Position numbers and translations under genes: made by a program. From positions 1 to 52,458 of IMG/VR virus record IMGVR_UViG_3300027754_000128: 52,458 nt of DNA; one strand, 5' to 3'. Positions 43,705 through 52,153 of this stretch are shown piece after piece; within the stretch, counting starts at the first letter, position 1, and each line of letters begins with the position of its first letter. Source of the stretch: a virus. Its lineage: Duplodnaviria > Caudoviricetes. The notes under the pieces were generated by a model. The model did no database searches. It was not told the origin of the DNA and saw only the letters and a list, made by a program, of their open reading frames with translations.

Positions 43705-43748
43705 AGTAGACGCCACCTAACAGGAAACCGACCGAGCCAAGGTATCCT
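43705..43748 (+). promoter_or_regulatory. Putative late promoter 4
   Basis: AGTAGACGCCAC-N26-TATCCT. Confidence 0.72.
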
Positions 43749-43783
43749 CTTCTCAATCCCACGAAACCCTGGGGAGAGGACAC

Positions 43784-44296
43784 ATGGCAACCAAGAACGG
43801 CCTCGGCTTTCGCAGTATCACAGCGACCTTCACGCGACCCTCTGACACCAACGTCTATGCTTCCGGCGACCTCGTCGCCAACTCGACCACGGCGGCCAGC
43901 GTCGTGCCGATGGAGTGGGTCGTGCCGGGCAAGCCGGTGTTCCAGGTGCCGGCCATCCGGCTGCAGAAGAGCGGCGCGACGGTCACCAACGCCCAGTTCC
44001 GCGTCCACCTGTTCCTGACCACCATCCCGACCATCGCGACCACGGGCGACAACGGCGCGTTTGCCTCTGTGGTCACCGGCTTCGGGTCATGGTTCGGCGC
44101 ATATGACGGCACCATGCTTGGCCTCGCCGATGGCGGCGTCTGCGACTGCGTACCGATCTCTGGCATTATCCGGCCCGATCTGATCGCCACGCCCGGCGAC
44201 AAGATCTACGGCCTTGTCGAAGCTCGAGCGGCCTACACGCCGGCTAGTGCCGAGATCTTCATCGCGACGCTCATCCAAGAGTTTGAGAGGCCATAA
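43784..44296 (+). CDS. Probable structural protein
   Basis: FTRPSDTNVYASGD.V...YGLVEARAAYTPAS; GAGGA RBS. Confidence 0.6.
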   Translation: MATKNGLGFRSITATFTRPSDTNVYASGDLVANSTTAASVVPMEWVVPGKPVFQVPAIRLQKSGATVTNAQFRVHLFLTTIPTIATTGDNGAFASVVTGFGSWFGAYDGTMLGLADGGVCDCVPISGIIRPDLIATPGDKIYGLVEARAAYTPASAEIFIATLIQEFERP

Positions 44297-44985
44297 TGGC
44301 ACGCTTTCTCGGCGTCACCTCGGGCAGTATCGCGCGCGCTCTGGGCTTCACGCCCGCTTCGTCCAGGGTGCCTACCTCGCAAACCTTCACTAGTGGCACG
44401 GCGGCGACCTATACAACCCCGGCCGGCGTAAGTTATCTCAAGGTTCGCTTTGTCGGCGGTGGTGGTGGCGCTGGCGGCGCTGGCGGCTCTACCGCACCGA
44501 CTGGCGCAACGGGCAGCACGACATCGTTCAATTCCATCACGGCCATCGGCGGTTCCGGTGGCGTGGGTTCAGTGGGGGCGACTGGCGCGGGCGGCATCGG
44601 CGGCACGGGCGGCGCAGGCACGGCTACTTGGCGCCTGCCGGGCGGCCCCGGCTCAACTGGTTCGGGAACGGTCAGCTACGTTCAGGGCGGCAACGGCGGC
44701 GTTGGCCCATTTGGTGGGGCGTCGGGAACCGGCATCAACGGGGGCGTGGGCGTCGCTGGACAGGCGAACACTGGCGCGGGTGGTTCGGGAACCGGCACAG
44801 CAGCCGCGACCAACGCTTCCGGTGGCGGTGGTGCGGGAGAGTATGTCGAATTGATTATCGGCAGTCCTGCGGCGACCTACACCTACACGGTGGGGGCTGG
44901 TGGCGCGGGCGGCATCGGTACTGGCGCAGGCGCGCTTACGGGCGGCGCGGGCGGCAGCGGCTTCATCATCGTTGAAGAGTTTTAG
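44296..44985 (+). CDS. Stand-alone glycine-rich fibre-domain protein
   Basis: Near-identical to the C-terminal domain of 42106-43344. Confidence 0.8.
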   Translation: MARFLGVTSGSIARALGFTPASSRVPTSQTFTSGTAATYTTPAGVSYLKVRFVGGGGGAGGAGGSTAPTGATGSTTSFNSITAIGGSGGVGSVGATGAGGIGGTGGAGTATWRLPGGPGSTGSGTVSYVQGGNGGVGPFGGASGTGINGGVGVAGQANTGAGGSGTGTAAATNASGGGGAGEYVELIIGSPAATYTYTVGAGGAGGIGTGAGALTGGAGGSGFIIVEEF

Positions 44986-45082
44986 GTGCTTGGGGTAATG
45001 GCACCCGCGAATACCAGGCTCGGCCAACCATGACGCCCGACGCCACATTGACCGCGCCTACCATCGCACAGTGGGGGGCGCC

Positions 45083-45436
45083 ATGAACGACCGAATCTCC
45101 GCTCTTGTGGACGCGCTCTGGTTCCTGATCCCGTTTAGCTTCGTGGGCGCGTTTTTTGGGGATTCGTTCCGCCGCGATGTGCTGTCGCCGCGCCAGCGCG
45201 TGGCGGCGGGCCTGTTCGCCCTGTTCATCGGCCCGGTCTCCGGCCTGCTGGTGACGCGGGAATGGGGTTGGCACGACGTGACCGGATACGCCATCGCCGC
45301 CGTGGTGCCGACCCTCTCTTACGACCTGATCGTGCTGGTGGCGGCTCTGTTGAGCCAGATCCGTTCGGACCCGCTGGGTGGGCTTCGCAAGGTGTGGGAC
45401 GCGGTTGCCGCGATCCTGCCGGGGCGGAAGCCGTGA
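45083..45436 (+). CDS. Holin-like membrane protein
   Basis: Three hydrophobic segments; upstream of the lysozyme. Confidence 0.65.
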   Translation: MNDRISALVDALWFLIPFSFVGAFFGDSFRRDVLSPRQRVAAGLFALFIGPVSGLLVTREWGWHDVTGYAIAAVVPTLSYDLIVLVAALLSQIRSDPLGGLRKVWDAVAAILPGRKP

Positions 45437-45519
45437 CCTGGGAAGTCCTGATCTGGGTTGCTGTTGTGGCCTTCCTTGCATGGCGGGCGCGTAGGCATTG
45501 GACGGGCGCGTCCAGATGA
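45433..45519 (+). CDS. 28-aa single-TM peptide in the lysis cassette
   Basis: MTWEVLIWVAVVAFLAWRARR...; GTGA and ATGA overlaps. Confidence 0.45.
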   Translation: MTWEVLIWVAVVAFLAWRARRHWTGASR

Positions 45520-45950
45520 AGATCAGCCAACAGGGCATCGATCTCCTGATTGCTCGCGAGGGCAAGCGCAACAAGGCGTATCTCGACAGCGTCGGTGTAT
45601 GGACTGTGGGTGTCGGCCACACTGGGCCGGAAGTCCATGAGGGTCTGGTCTGGACGGACGCGGAGATTGAAGCCGCATTGCGTGCGGACATTGCCCGCTT
45701 CGAGGATGCCATCAACGGCAGCGTGACGGTGGGGCTTGAGCCGTACCAGTTCGATGCGCTTGTCAGCTTCGCCTTCAATGTCGGCGTGGGCGCGTTCAAA
45801 TCTTCAACGCTGCTAAAGAAAATCAACCTTCACCGCTTTGAAGAGGCCGCGCTTCAATTCGACCGCTGGAACATCCCGCCCGAGATCACCCGCCGCCGCA
45901 ATGGCGAGCGCGAGCAGTTCGCCGGGCGGCACTTCGTGGCGCAGTACTGA
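45516..45950 (+). CDS. Endolysin, GH24 lysozyme
   Basis: EG...AYLDSVGVWTVGVGHT (E-D-T triad); QFDALVSFAFNVG; RRRNGE. Confidence 0.95.
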   Translation: MKISQQGIDLLIAREGKRNKAYLDSVGVWTVGVGHTGPEVHEGLVWTDAEIEAALRADIARFEDAINGSVTVGLEPYQFDALVSFAFNVGVGAFKSSTLLKKINLHRFEEAALQFDRWNIPPEITRRRNGEREQFAGRHFVAQY

Positions 45951-46300
45951 TGGGCTTCCTTCTCAAGATGCTGCCCTCGTGGGTGCCGCTTGCGCTGGGC
46001 GGTCTGCTGATCGCCAGCCTGATCGGCGGCTACTACGTCTGGCGCGGACAGCAGCGGGAGATCGGCCGGCAGGAGATCATCGCAGCCGATGCCAAGGCGG
46101 TGGCCGAGCAGGCCATCAAAGATCGAGATCTATCGCGTCAGTTGATTGCTTACATGCAGAACAACATAGCGCAGCGCGAAGCCTCGGCCGCACCTGTGCG
46201 AGAGGTCATCAAGTATGTCACCCCTTCGACTTGCGCTGGCGACGCCGCTCTTAATTCTGCTGCTGAATGGGTGAGGTCTGCGCTGCAACCACGGAGATGA
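45950..46300 (+). CDS. Inner-membrane spanin (Rz-like)
   Basis: N-terminal TM, coiled-coil, C-terminal Cys. Confidence 0.75.
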   Translation: MGFLLKMLPSWVPLALGGLLIASLIGGYYVWRGQQREIGRQEIIAADAKAVAEQAIKDRDLSRQLIAYMQNNIAQREASAAPVREVIKYVTPSTCAGDAALNSAAEWVRSALQPRR

Positions 46301-46301
46301 A

Positions 46302-46820
46302 ATGATGGCATCCGCGGCGTCCGAAAGCACACTCAAATACCTTGAATCGCGGAGCATCCCAGAACCCAATTCGGGGTGCATTCTGTGGCTTCAATTCGTT
46401 GACCGTTGGGGGTACGGAATTGGTACGCGCGACTGTGTTCGCTGGCCGGCGCACAGATTGGCGTGGATCGCTGAACGTGGGCCAATCCCCACGGGCCTAA
46501 AGGTTTGCCACAAGTGCGATGTGCCGAGTTGCATCAACGTCGATCATCTATTCCTCGGAACGGATGCCGAAAATGCCGCCGACAGGAACGCAAAGGGACG
46601 ACAGTCACGCGGCGTAAAGCACGTTGCGACGTGGCTCACAGACAAGTGGCGGAAGGCTATCCCGCGTGGAGCAGCCCGGATTAACGCTAAACTTTCAGAG
46701 CCCGACGTGCTGGCGATCCGCTCGCGCACTTCCTCGCAACGAGCAATAGCCGTTGAGTTTGGTGTCTCCCAAAGGCTCATCGGCCAAATCAAAAGGTGCG
46801 AGCGTTGGACACACGTATAG
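46302..46820 (+). CDS. HNH homing endonuclease
   Basis: SGCILW...AHR...VCHKCDVPSCINVDHLFLGT..EN..D; C-terminal HTH. Confidence 0.92.
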   Translation: MMASAASESTLKYLESRSIPEPNSGCILWLQFVDRWGYGIGTRDCVRWPAHRLAWIAERGPIPTGLKVCHKCDVPSCINVDHLFLGTDAENAADRNAKGRQSRGVKHVATWLTDKWRKAIPRGAARINAKLSEPDVLAIRSRTSSQRAIAVEFGVSQRLIGQIKRCERWTHV

Positions 46821-47056
46821 GTTTTGCCGTCCTTGCGCTGGTCGCATTGACGGCCTGCGCCGCGCCCTCTCACCCCAAGCTGGTGGACCGGCAACCCGAC
46901 CCTAGCCTTCTGGTGGCGCCGCTTCGTCCGTCTCTGCCGCCCGCCAAGCCTACCTACAACGATGCCCTGCTGGGCTGGATGGAGGCGGTGCAGCGGTATC
47001 TGGATCTGGAAGTGCGCTTCAACGCGCTCGCGGCCTTCGTGAAGGGCGGCAAGTAA
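46796..47056 (+). CDS. Outer-membrane spanin lipoprotein (Rz1-like)
   Basis: Lipobox LTAC; Pro-rich mature region. Confidence 0.75.
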   Translation: MRALDTRIGFAVLALVALTACAAPSHPKLVDRQPDPSLLVAPLRPSLPPAKPTYNDALLGWMEAVQRYLDLEVRFNALAAFVKGGK

Positions 47057-48306
47057 TGGCGCAGGCCCCGCTATCCGACGAGAAGTGCCAGGAGGCGGTT
47101 GACGCCATCGTGACCCATGGCAGCGTGGCGGCTGCGGCCCGCGCGTTGAACGTCAATCGATCAACATTCGAGGCCCGCGCAATCGAGGCAAAAAGGCGAG
47201 GCTTCAACTCGACACTGCCGCCGCGCCTGATGATGAAGGGGCAGTCCATCCTCCGCAACATGGCGGGGGAGGAGGTCGGGAGGTGGGACAAGACCAAGCT
47301 CGCCGGCCGCGACGCCGCCGATACATTTCAATTGCCCGATCCAAAAAAGGTCACGAAGGTTTCGACCTTCCTCGACCAACAAGGAAACGTCGCCGCTCAG
47401 TGGATCTCGGAAAAACCGGACGACGCCGAACGCGAACGTCTCTGGCAGCTCTACGCAGAGAAGATCGCGGGCGATGTGAAGCGCGCCGCGCCGGTCAAGG
47501 CGCCCAAGGGCAAGTCCCATTCCGACCTTCTGGCGGTGTATCCGGTAGGCGACCATCATACCGGCATGATGGCATGGCCCGATGAAACGGGCGACGCGGC
47601 CTACGATTTGAAGATTGCCGAACAGGTGATGCGTGATGCGTCCGTCCGCCTGATCGACACATGCCCGCCGTGCGACCAGGCGCTGATCCCGTTCCTCGGG
47701 GATTTTCTTCATTACGATTCCTACGCCGCGGTCACGCCGGCTCACCGGAACCTGCTCGACGCTGATGGCCGGTTTCCAAAGATGGTCGAGACCGGCGTGC
47801 GGATCGTGCGGCATGTCATCGCCGCTGCGCTCGAGCGGCATGGGCGCGTCAACGTGATCTTCGAGGGCGGCAACCACGACCCCGCCACGGCGGCCTTCAT
47901 GCGTATCCTGCTGTCATGCCTGTACGAGAACGAGCCGCGCGTCACCGTCGATAAAACGCCCACGGGTGTCCACTATTTCGAGTGGAACCGCGTGCTGATC
48001 GGCACCCACCACGGCGACAAGATCAAGGGCGAGAAGCTGCCCAGCATCATGGCGCACGACCGGCCGGAAGCGTGGGGCCGCACGGCGCACAGGGTTTGGT
48101 TTACCGGCCACGTTCACCACGAAAGCCTCAAATCGTTTCCCGGCTGCAAGGTCGAGACGATGGAAGTGCTGGCGCCGCTGGACGCCTATGCGGCGGGCGC
48201 CGGCTATCGCGGCCATCGATCGATGAAGGCCATCGTCTACCACTGCGAATACGGCGAGGTAGAGCGGCACACTGTGCAGCCGAGCATGTTTGAGAGGGCC
48301 GCGTGA
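47056..48306 (+). CDS. HTH + calcineurin-like metallophosphoesterase
   Basis: GDHH, GDFLH, GNHD, HHGD, GHVH motifs; N-terminal GSVAAAARALNVNRST. Confidence 0.88.
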   Translation: MAQAPLSDEKCQEAVDAIVTHGSVAAAARALNVNRSTFEARAIEAKRRGFNSTLPPRLMMKGQSILRNMAGEEVGRWDKTKLAGRDAADTFQLPDPKKVTKVSTFLDQQGNVAAQWISEKPDDAERERLWQLYAEKIAGDVKRAAPVKAPKGKSHSDLLAVYPVGDHHTGMMAWPDETGDAAYDLKIAEQVMRDASVRLIDTCPPCDQALIPFLGDFLHYDSYAAVTPAHRNLLDADGRFPKMVETGVRIVRHVIAAALERHGRVNVIFEGGNHDPATAAFMRILLSCLYENEPRVTVDKTPTGVHYFEWNRVLIGTHHGDKIKGEKLPSIMAHDRPEAWGRTAHRVWFTGHVHHESLKSFPGCKVETMEVLAPLDAYAAGAGYRGHRSMKAIVYHCEYGEVERHTVQPSMFERAA

Positions 48307-48572
48307 TGGCGAAGAAGTTCGCCATGCCGACGCGGATGGTGATGGTCGAGTGGCTCGACGCCATGAGCGACGACGCCGGCTGGAAGAGCTGGAAGAAGGT
48401 TCACAAGCAGGAACCGCTGATCGTGCATTCGCTGGGCTATGTCGTGCGCGACGAGCCGGGCTTCCTGACGATTGTCGGGTCTGTTGTCGTATTCGACGGC
48501 ACTCTTGATGGCGACGTGACCATACCACGCGCGATGATCCAGAAGATCCATGACTTGAAGGTCGAGCCGTGA
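48306..48572 (+). CDS. Small beta-barrel-like protein (VEWxDA type)
   Basis: VMVEWLDA...GW...SLGYV...IPRAMI. Confidence 0.7.
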   Translation: MAKKFAMPTRMVMVEWLDAMSDDAGWKSWKKVHKQEPLIVHSLGYVVRDEPGFLTIVGSVVVFDGTLDGDVTIPRAMIQKIHDLKVEP

Positions 48573-49003
48573 CCGTGTTCCGCCCCGTGTCCACCCGCGA
48601 GGATGAACGCTGGCTGCGCTGGCTCGACGCCGAGTGCTTCCCCGACGACCGGCCGCTGGTCCTAAGCGACGCCTTCTGGGCGTTGGCATGGGAGGGCGAC
48701 GAGCCTGTGGCCTTCTGCGGCTGGTGCGCGCGGGGCGACTGGGGCTTCCACTATCGCGCAGGCGCCCATCCTGTGGCTCGTGGGAGAGGGTTACAGGCTT
48801 TGATGATCCGCTACCGCGAGGGCGAGATGGTGCGCCGGGCGGGGCTTAAAACCGCCGTGACCTACACTGAAGCCTACAGCGCCGCGTCGATGCGGTCGCT
48901 CATTGCCTGCGGATACCGGCCCTTCGAGGCTGATGAGAACACGGGTCTCGTTCTCAACCCGGCCTATTGGCGCACGATGGTCTACTGGCGGCGGCAGCTA
49001 TGA
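48569..49003 (+). CDS. GNAT acetyltransferase
   Basis: RAGAHPVARGRGLQ...S.RSLIACGY. Confidence 0.8.
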   Translation: MTVFRPVSTREDERWLRWLDAECFPDDRPLVLSDAFWALAWEGDEPVAFCGWCARGDWGFHYRAGAHPVARGRGLQALMIRYREGEMVRRAGLKTAVTYTEAYSAASMRSLIACGYRPFEADENTGLVLNPAYWRTMVYWRRQL

Positions 49004-49212
49004 GCGAAGTGGTCGTGTTTCCCGGCGAAACGACCCTGCCGCTGCCGGCCGAGCGCGTCCTCAACGGCGCCATCGAGGCGGGGCTGGGGATGGCCTTGGT
49101 GCTGGGCCGATACCCGGACGGTCAAATCTATCTGGCGACGACGCACGGCGACCTCGGCGATCTGCTGTTGTTGCTCGAGCGTGCCAAGGCTGCCTTCCTG
49201 GAGGACTGCTGA
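49000..49212 (+). CDS. Hypothetical protein
   Basis: ATGA-coupled. Confidence 0.65.
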   Translation: MSEVVVFPGETTLPLPAERVLNGAIEAGLGMALVLGRYPDGQIYLATTHGDLGDLLLLLERAKAAFLEDC

Positions 49213-49415
49213 TGGTCGCTCTTTACCCGCGCTTCGTGGTCGAGGACGGCCGCATCCTTTGCAAGGTCAACGTCGAGGGGGTGGAGCGTGCCTGCCCCGT
49301 GTCGGAGGGTCTTGCTCTATCCCTGATCGCGGATCTGGCGAAGGCCATCCAGTGGGCCGATTGCAGCGCGCCGCACCCGTCCGACAGCGACCAGCCAAAG
49401 GCACCCGCCCGATGA
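49212..49415 (+). CDS. Hypothetical protein
   Basis: GGAGG RBS; TGATG-coupled. Confidence 0.55.
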   Translation: MVALYPRFVVEDGRILCKVNVEGVERACPVSEGLALSLIADLAKAIQWADCSAPHPSDSDQPKAPAR

Positions 49416-49801
49416 TCCGGGTTGTCGCCTCTTACCTGGCGGCGGCTCTGGCTTTTGTGGCTGTCGTGACCGTGTTCATGCCGCTGAAGGCGAGGGCGCA
49501 GGATCACAGCCCGCACCACAAGGACTTCTACCGGCTATGGCTACAACCCGGCACGTCTGTCAGTTGCTGCAACGCCCGCGTCGAGCTGAACGGCGTCGAG
49601 ACCGGAGACTGCGAGCCTGTCAAGGCCGAGGTCCGGGGTGGGAACTGGTGGGCGTGGCTGCGGCAGGAGAGCCGGTGGATCGAGATAGACGACAGCCGCA
49701 TCCTGCGTGAGCGGAACCCGACGCAGGGCGGGGTGGATGCTCACCTGTGTTACAGCTACGGACGCGTGCTGTGTTTTGTCCCGCCATTTGGCGGTGGCTA
49801 G
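49412..49801 (+). CDS. Secreted Cys-rich protein
   Basis: Signal peptide ending ARA; SCC...DC...HLC...LCFVP. Confidence 0.7.
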   Translation: MIRVVASYLAAALAFVAVVTVFMPLKARAQDHSPHHKDFYRLWLQPGTSVSCCNARVELNGVETGDCEPVKAEVRGGNWWAWLRQESRWIEIDDSRILRERNPTQGGVDAHLCYSYGRVLCFVPPFGGG

Positions 49802-49815
49802 AACATACCTGGAAC

Positions 49816-50035
49816 TTTCTCCCCCATTCCTCCCCTAGTGTTTTGGTCTTGTTCTGTCCCGGCGGGGCAGTTCCCCACAGGGAGCCGGAATCTACGAAGG
49901 ACCGAAAACCCAATGTTTATTGGGAAAAAATGGTGGGCGCTGTAGGGATTGAACCTACGACCCCACCCGTGTGAACGGCGTTCTGCCCGCTGATTTCATT
50001 AGACAATTCGCTTTCTCCCCCGTTTCTCCCCCATT
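49816..50035. repeat. Candidate integrase arm-type sites flanking attP
   Basis: TTTCTCCCCC at 49816, 50012, 50023 and TTCCTCCCCT at 49827; tandem pairs with an 11-bp period. Confidence 0.6.
49931..49975 (-). other. attP core: 3' half of tRNA-Val(CAC)
   Basis: Minus strand TTCACAC-GGGTG-GGGTC-GTAGG-TTCAATC-CCTAC-AGCGCCC-ACCA; 5' half absent; adjacent to the integrase stop. Confidence 0.88.
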
Positions 50036-50985
50036 AGAATCACGACCCCACGGTCAGGCGTTACCGGCGATCGGTGGTGAACGTAGCGGCCGGCAGATCG
50101 TTCGTCGCGCCACAGTCCGCGCTCGGCGATGGCGCGCATATCGTATCCCAGCGCCCGCAGATCGGTCGCCATTGCGTGCCTCGACTGGTGTGGCGTGTAG
50201 GTGACCTTCAGGCGGGCGCACAGGGGCTTCAGCCACCTGTAGACGTTGTGCCGGTCACCCCAGGGGAAAACGCGCCCAGAGGGCAAATGCGGGGCGCTGG
50301 CGAGCATTGCTACCAGTTCGGGCGACAGACCTATCTCACCGATGTCATCCGTCTTGGTGGAGCCGACGCGGGCAGTGGCGGCCGGAAGGTCGAAGTCCTC
50401 GCGGCGCAGGCGCAGGCTGTCGGTGATCCGCTGGCCTGTCTCATACAGCCAGACGAGGAACAGGTGCTTGTGTCCGGTCGTGTTCGCCAACAACAGCCGC
50501 ATCGTGTCAGCGGCGACAGGCCGGCGGGGCGAGCGGCGGGATACCTTCAGCCGGCGGTGGCGGCGGTCGGCGCACCATCCTTGCTCGGCGGCGAAGTGCA
50601 GGATCGAGGAGGCGGGGCCAATCACAGCGCGGTTCTTGTTGCTGTCGCTTGTGCGGGGGCAGAGCGCGTGCGCTGCAGTCGTGAGGTCGGAGCCGATCAT
50701 ATCGCCCACAAGCTTGTCGCCAAAGAACCGCACCAGCCGGTCGATATAGGCGAGGTCTTGCTTGCCTAGCCGCTTGCCCTGAAGGAAGGCGTGGGCGGCC
50801 TCGCGGAACGAGACTACCGCGCCAGGCTCACGACCTTTGATAGCGGCGAAGAACTGTTCGGCTTCTTTCTTTGCATCTGCGAGTTTCGTCGCTGCCAGTA
50901 CTTTCTCAACTTGTCGTCCGTTACTTGGCCCGCGAACAACGAAGGTCCGGTTGCCTTTGCGGGAACCGGGCGCGTAGAACTGCAT
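49999..50985 (-). CDS. int: Tyrosine integrase
   Basis: TGQRITD (R), TKT (K), HQSRH, GLW, RYVH (Y). Confidence 0.93.
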   Translation of the reverse strand: MQFYAPGSRKGNRTFVVRGPSNGRQVEKVLAATKLADAKKEAEQFFAAIKGREPGAVVSFREAAHAFLQGKRLGKQDLAYIDRLVRFFGDKLVGDMIGSDLTTAAHALCPRTSDSNKNRAVIGPASSILHFAAEQGWCADRRHRRLKVSRRSPRRPVAADTMRLLLANTTGHKHLFLVWLYETGQRITDSLRLRREDFDLPAATARVGSTKTDDIGEIGLSPELVAMLASAPHLPSGRVFPWGDRHNVYRWLKPLCARLKVTYTPHQSRHAMATDLRALGYDMRAIAERGLWRDERSAGRYVHHRSPVTPDRGVVILMGEKRGRKRIV

Positions 50986-51152
50986 GCGGCGCGCTCCTTG
51001 GCTTTGAGTGTTTCGATGTCCGCGTCCTCGAGCCTGGCGCGGCGGCCGGTGCCGATCGTGGCGATACCGTGCCGGGCCAGCGCCCGCGTCAATGTACGAC
51101 GGGACCATCCCATGTGAACAGCGGCGGCGGTCAGGGTGATCGGCTCACTCAT
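50814..51152 (-). CDS. xis: Excisionase-like HTH protein overlapping the int 5' end
   Basis: ITLTAAAVHMGWSRRTL...GRRARLEDADI. Confidence 0.75.
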   Translation of the reverse strand: MSEPITLTAAAVHMGWSRRTLTRALARHGIATIGTGRRARLEDADIETLKAKERAACSSTRPVPAKATGPSLFAGQVTDDKLRKYWQRRNSQMQRKKPNSSSPLSKVVSLAR

Positions 51153-51213
51153 GGGCTTCCCGCCCAGGCCAGGAACTCGACGTACCGGATCACCAGCCAG
51201 ATCGCGCCGGGGA
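51108..51213. repeat. 106-bp exact direct repeat, copy 2
   Basis: Identical to 1-106. Confidence 0.97.
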
Positions 51214-51283
51214 TCACCACAAAGAGGACTAGGGCGACAAGGCCGACCTTGGTGACGACGGCTAGAGCGTCTTCGCTAATCAT
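51149..51283 (-). CDS. Small membrane protein, allele B
   Basis: MISEDALAVVTKVGLVALVLFVVIPGAIWLV... Confidence 0.75.
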   Translation of the reverse strand: MISEDALAVVTKVGLVALVLFVVIPGAIWLVIRYVEFLAWAGSP

Positions 51284-51483
51284 GTGTTCTCCAGTGCTGC
51301 GCGGGCGGCTTTTTGAACCGCAAACAAAACGTCAGCGTCGATGATGCCGTCCACGCCAACCAATTCTGCGGTGGCCGCAACTCTCAGCGCAGCCCGCAGC
51401 CGCTCTATCTCGTCGGCGGCTTCATACATCGTAGCCAGCGTGCCGGCCTCGCGGCGCAGCCTCTCTACTAGGTCATCGGTCAT
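51280..51483 (-). CDS. EAADEIERLR-type cassette protein, allele B
   Basis: Same N-terminus and ALENT end as 173-439, different middle. Confidence 0.8.
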   Translation of the reverse strand: MTDDLVERLRREAGTLATMYEAADEIERLRAALRVAATAELVGVDGIIDADVLFAVQKAARAALENT

Positions 51484-51797
51484 GTGTTCTCCCTCGCTTT
51501 GGCGATGGCGGCGCGGGCGACGTAGTAGCCGAGTGGCGTTTCATCAAGGTCTAGGCAGTCGATGCTTTCGAGGATGCCTTCCAGCGCAGCCCGGAGCCGC
51601 TCGATCTCTGCATCGGATGCGCGGCGGTTCCATGCGGCGATGGCTTGGGTTTCGGTCGAGTAACGAGAGTCGCCGTCGCCCGCGCAACCTACCTCACCAT
51701 CGCAATAAATTTCCCACCCGTCGATGCGATTCTCGTCACGAAAGGTAGCAACGCGAGCGCCGCAAAACGGACACGGATTCAGTGCTTCATCGCTCAT
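51480..51797 (-). CDS. Lar-family restriction alleviation-like protein with C-terminal extension
   Basis: LNPCPFCG...IYC....C...QAIAAWNRRA. Confidence 0.8.
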   Translation of the reverse strand: MSDEALNPCPFCGARVATFRDENRIDGWEIYCDGEVGCAGDGDSRYSTETQAIAAWNRRASDAEIERLRAALEGILESIDCLDLDETPLGYYVARAAIAKARENT

Positions 51798-52153
51798 GCT
51801 GGCACCTCTTGCTGGTGTGGGCCGGTGACGCGGATGCAAGCCGTGTCGTCCCATTTAGACAAGACCTTGGCGTAGTCCTGTGCTTCAGCTTCCACATGGA
51901 AGGACGCGGAAAATGGATAAAAGGCGGGTCCGTTGATTTTCGTTTGCGCGTATTCAACCCTCCACACCTCGACCATCTTGGTCTTGGGTAGGGTGGACTC
52001 GGCGGCGTCTGCGAGGGCCTTCGCCAAATCCTCGCGGATGTTCAGAAAGACGCCCGATCCAGACGGCTTGCCAAACGGACCGCTTGGGCCAAACAGCATT
52101 GGTGTCTGGCGTGCTGCGCGGATTGCCTCGCGCAGTTTGTCTGCATCGCTCAT
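51794..52153 (-). CDS. Hypothetical cassette protein
   Basis: Starts at a GGAGAACACATGA junction. Confidence 0.7.
   Translation of the reverse strand: MSDADKLREAIRAARQTPMLFGPSGPFGKPSGSGVFLNIREDLAKALADAAESTLPKTKMVEVWRVEYAQTKINGPAFYPFSASFHVEAEAQDYAKVLSKWDDTACIRVTGPHQQEVPA

Noticed and set aside
42739-44979. Diversity-generating retroelement (TR/VR pair), as in BPP-1
   Set aside because: Differences between the copies are mostly synonymous and not adenine-specific, both copies are coding, and no reverse transcriptase ORF is present
45038-45064. Fifth late-promoter copy (GACGCCAC) before the holin
   Set aside because: Only 8 of 12 bases match and there is no -10 hexamer at the 26-bp spacing
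46302-46820. Group I intron carrying the HNH
   Set aside because: Flanking genes are each complete and there is no non-coding space for an intron core
49931-49980. Complete tRNA gene
   Set aside because: Only the anticodon loop to CCA is present; no D-arm or 5' acceptor strand
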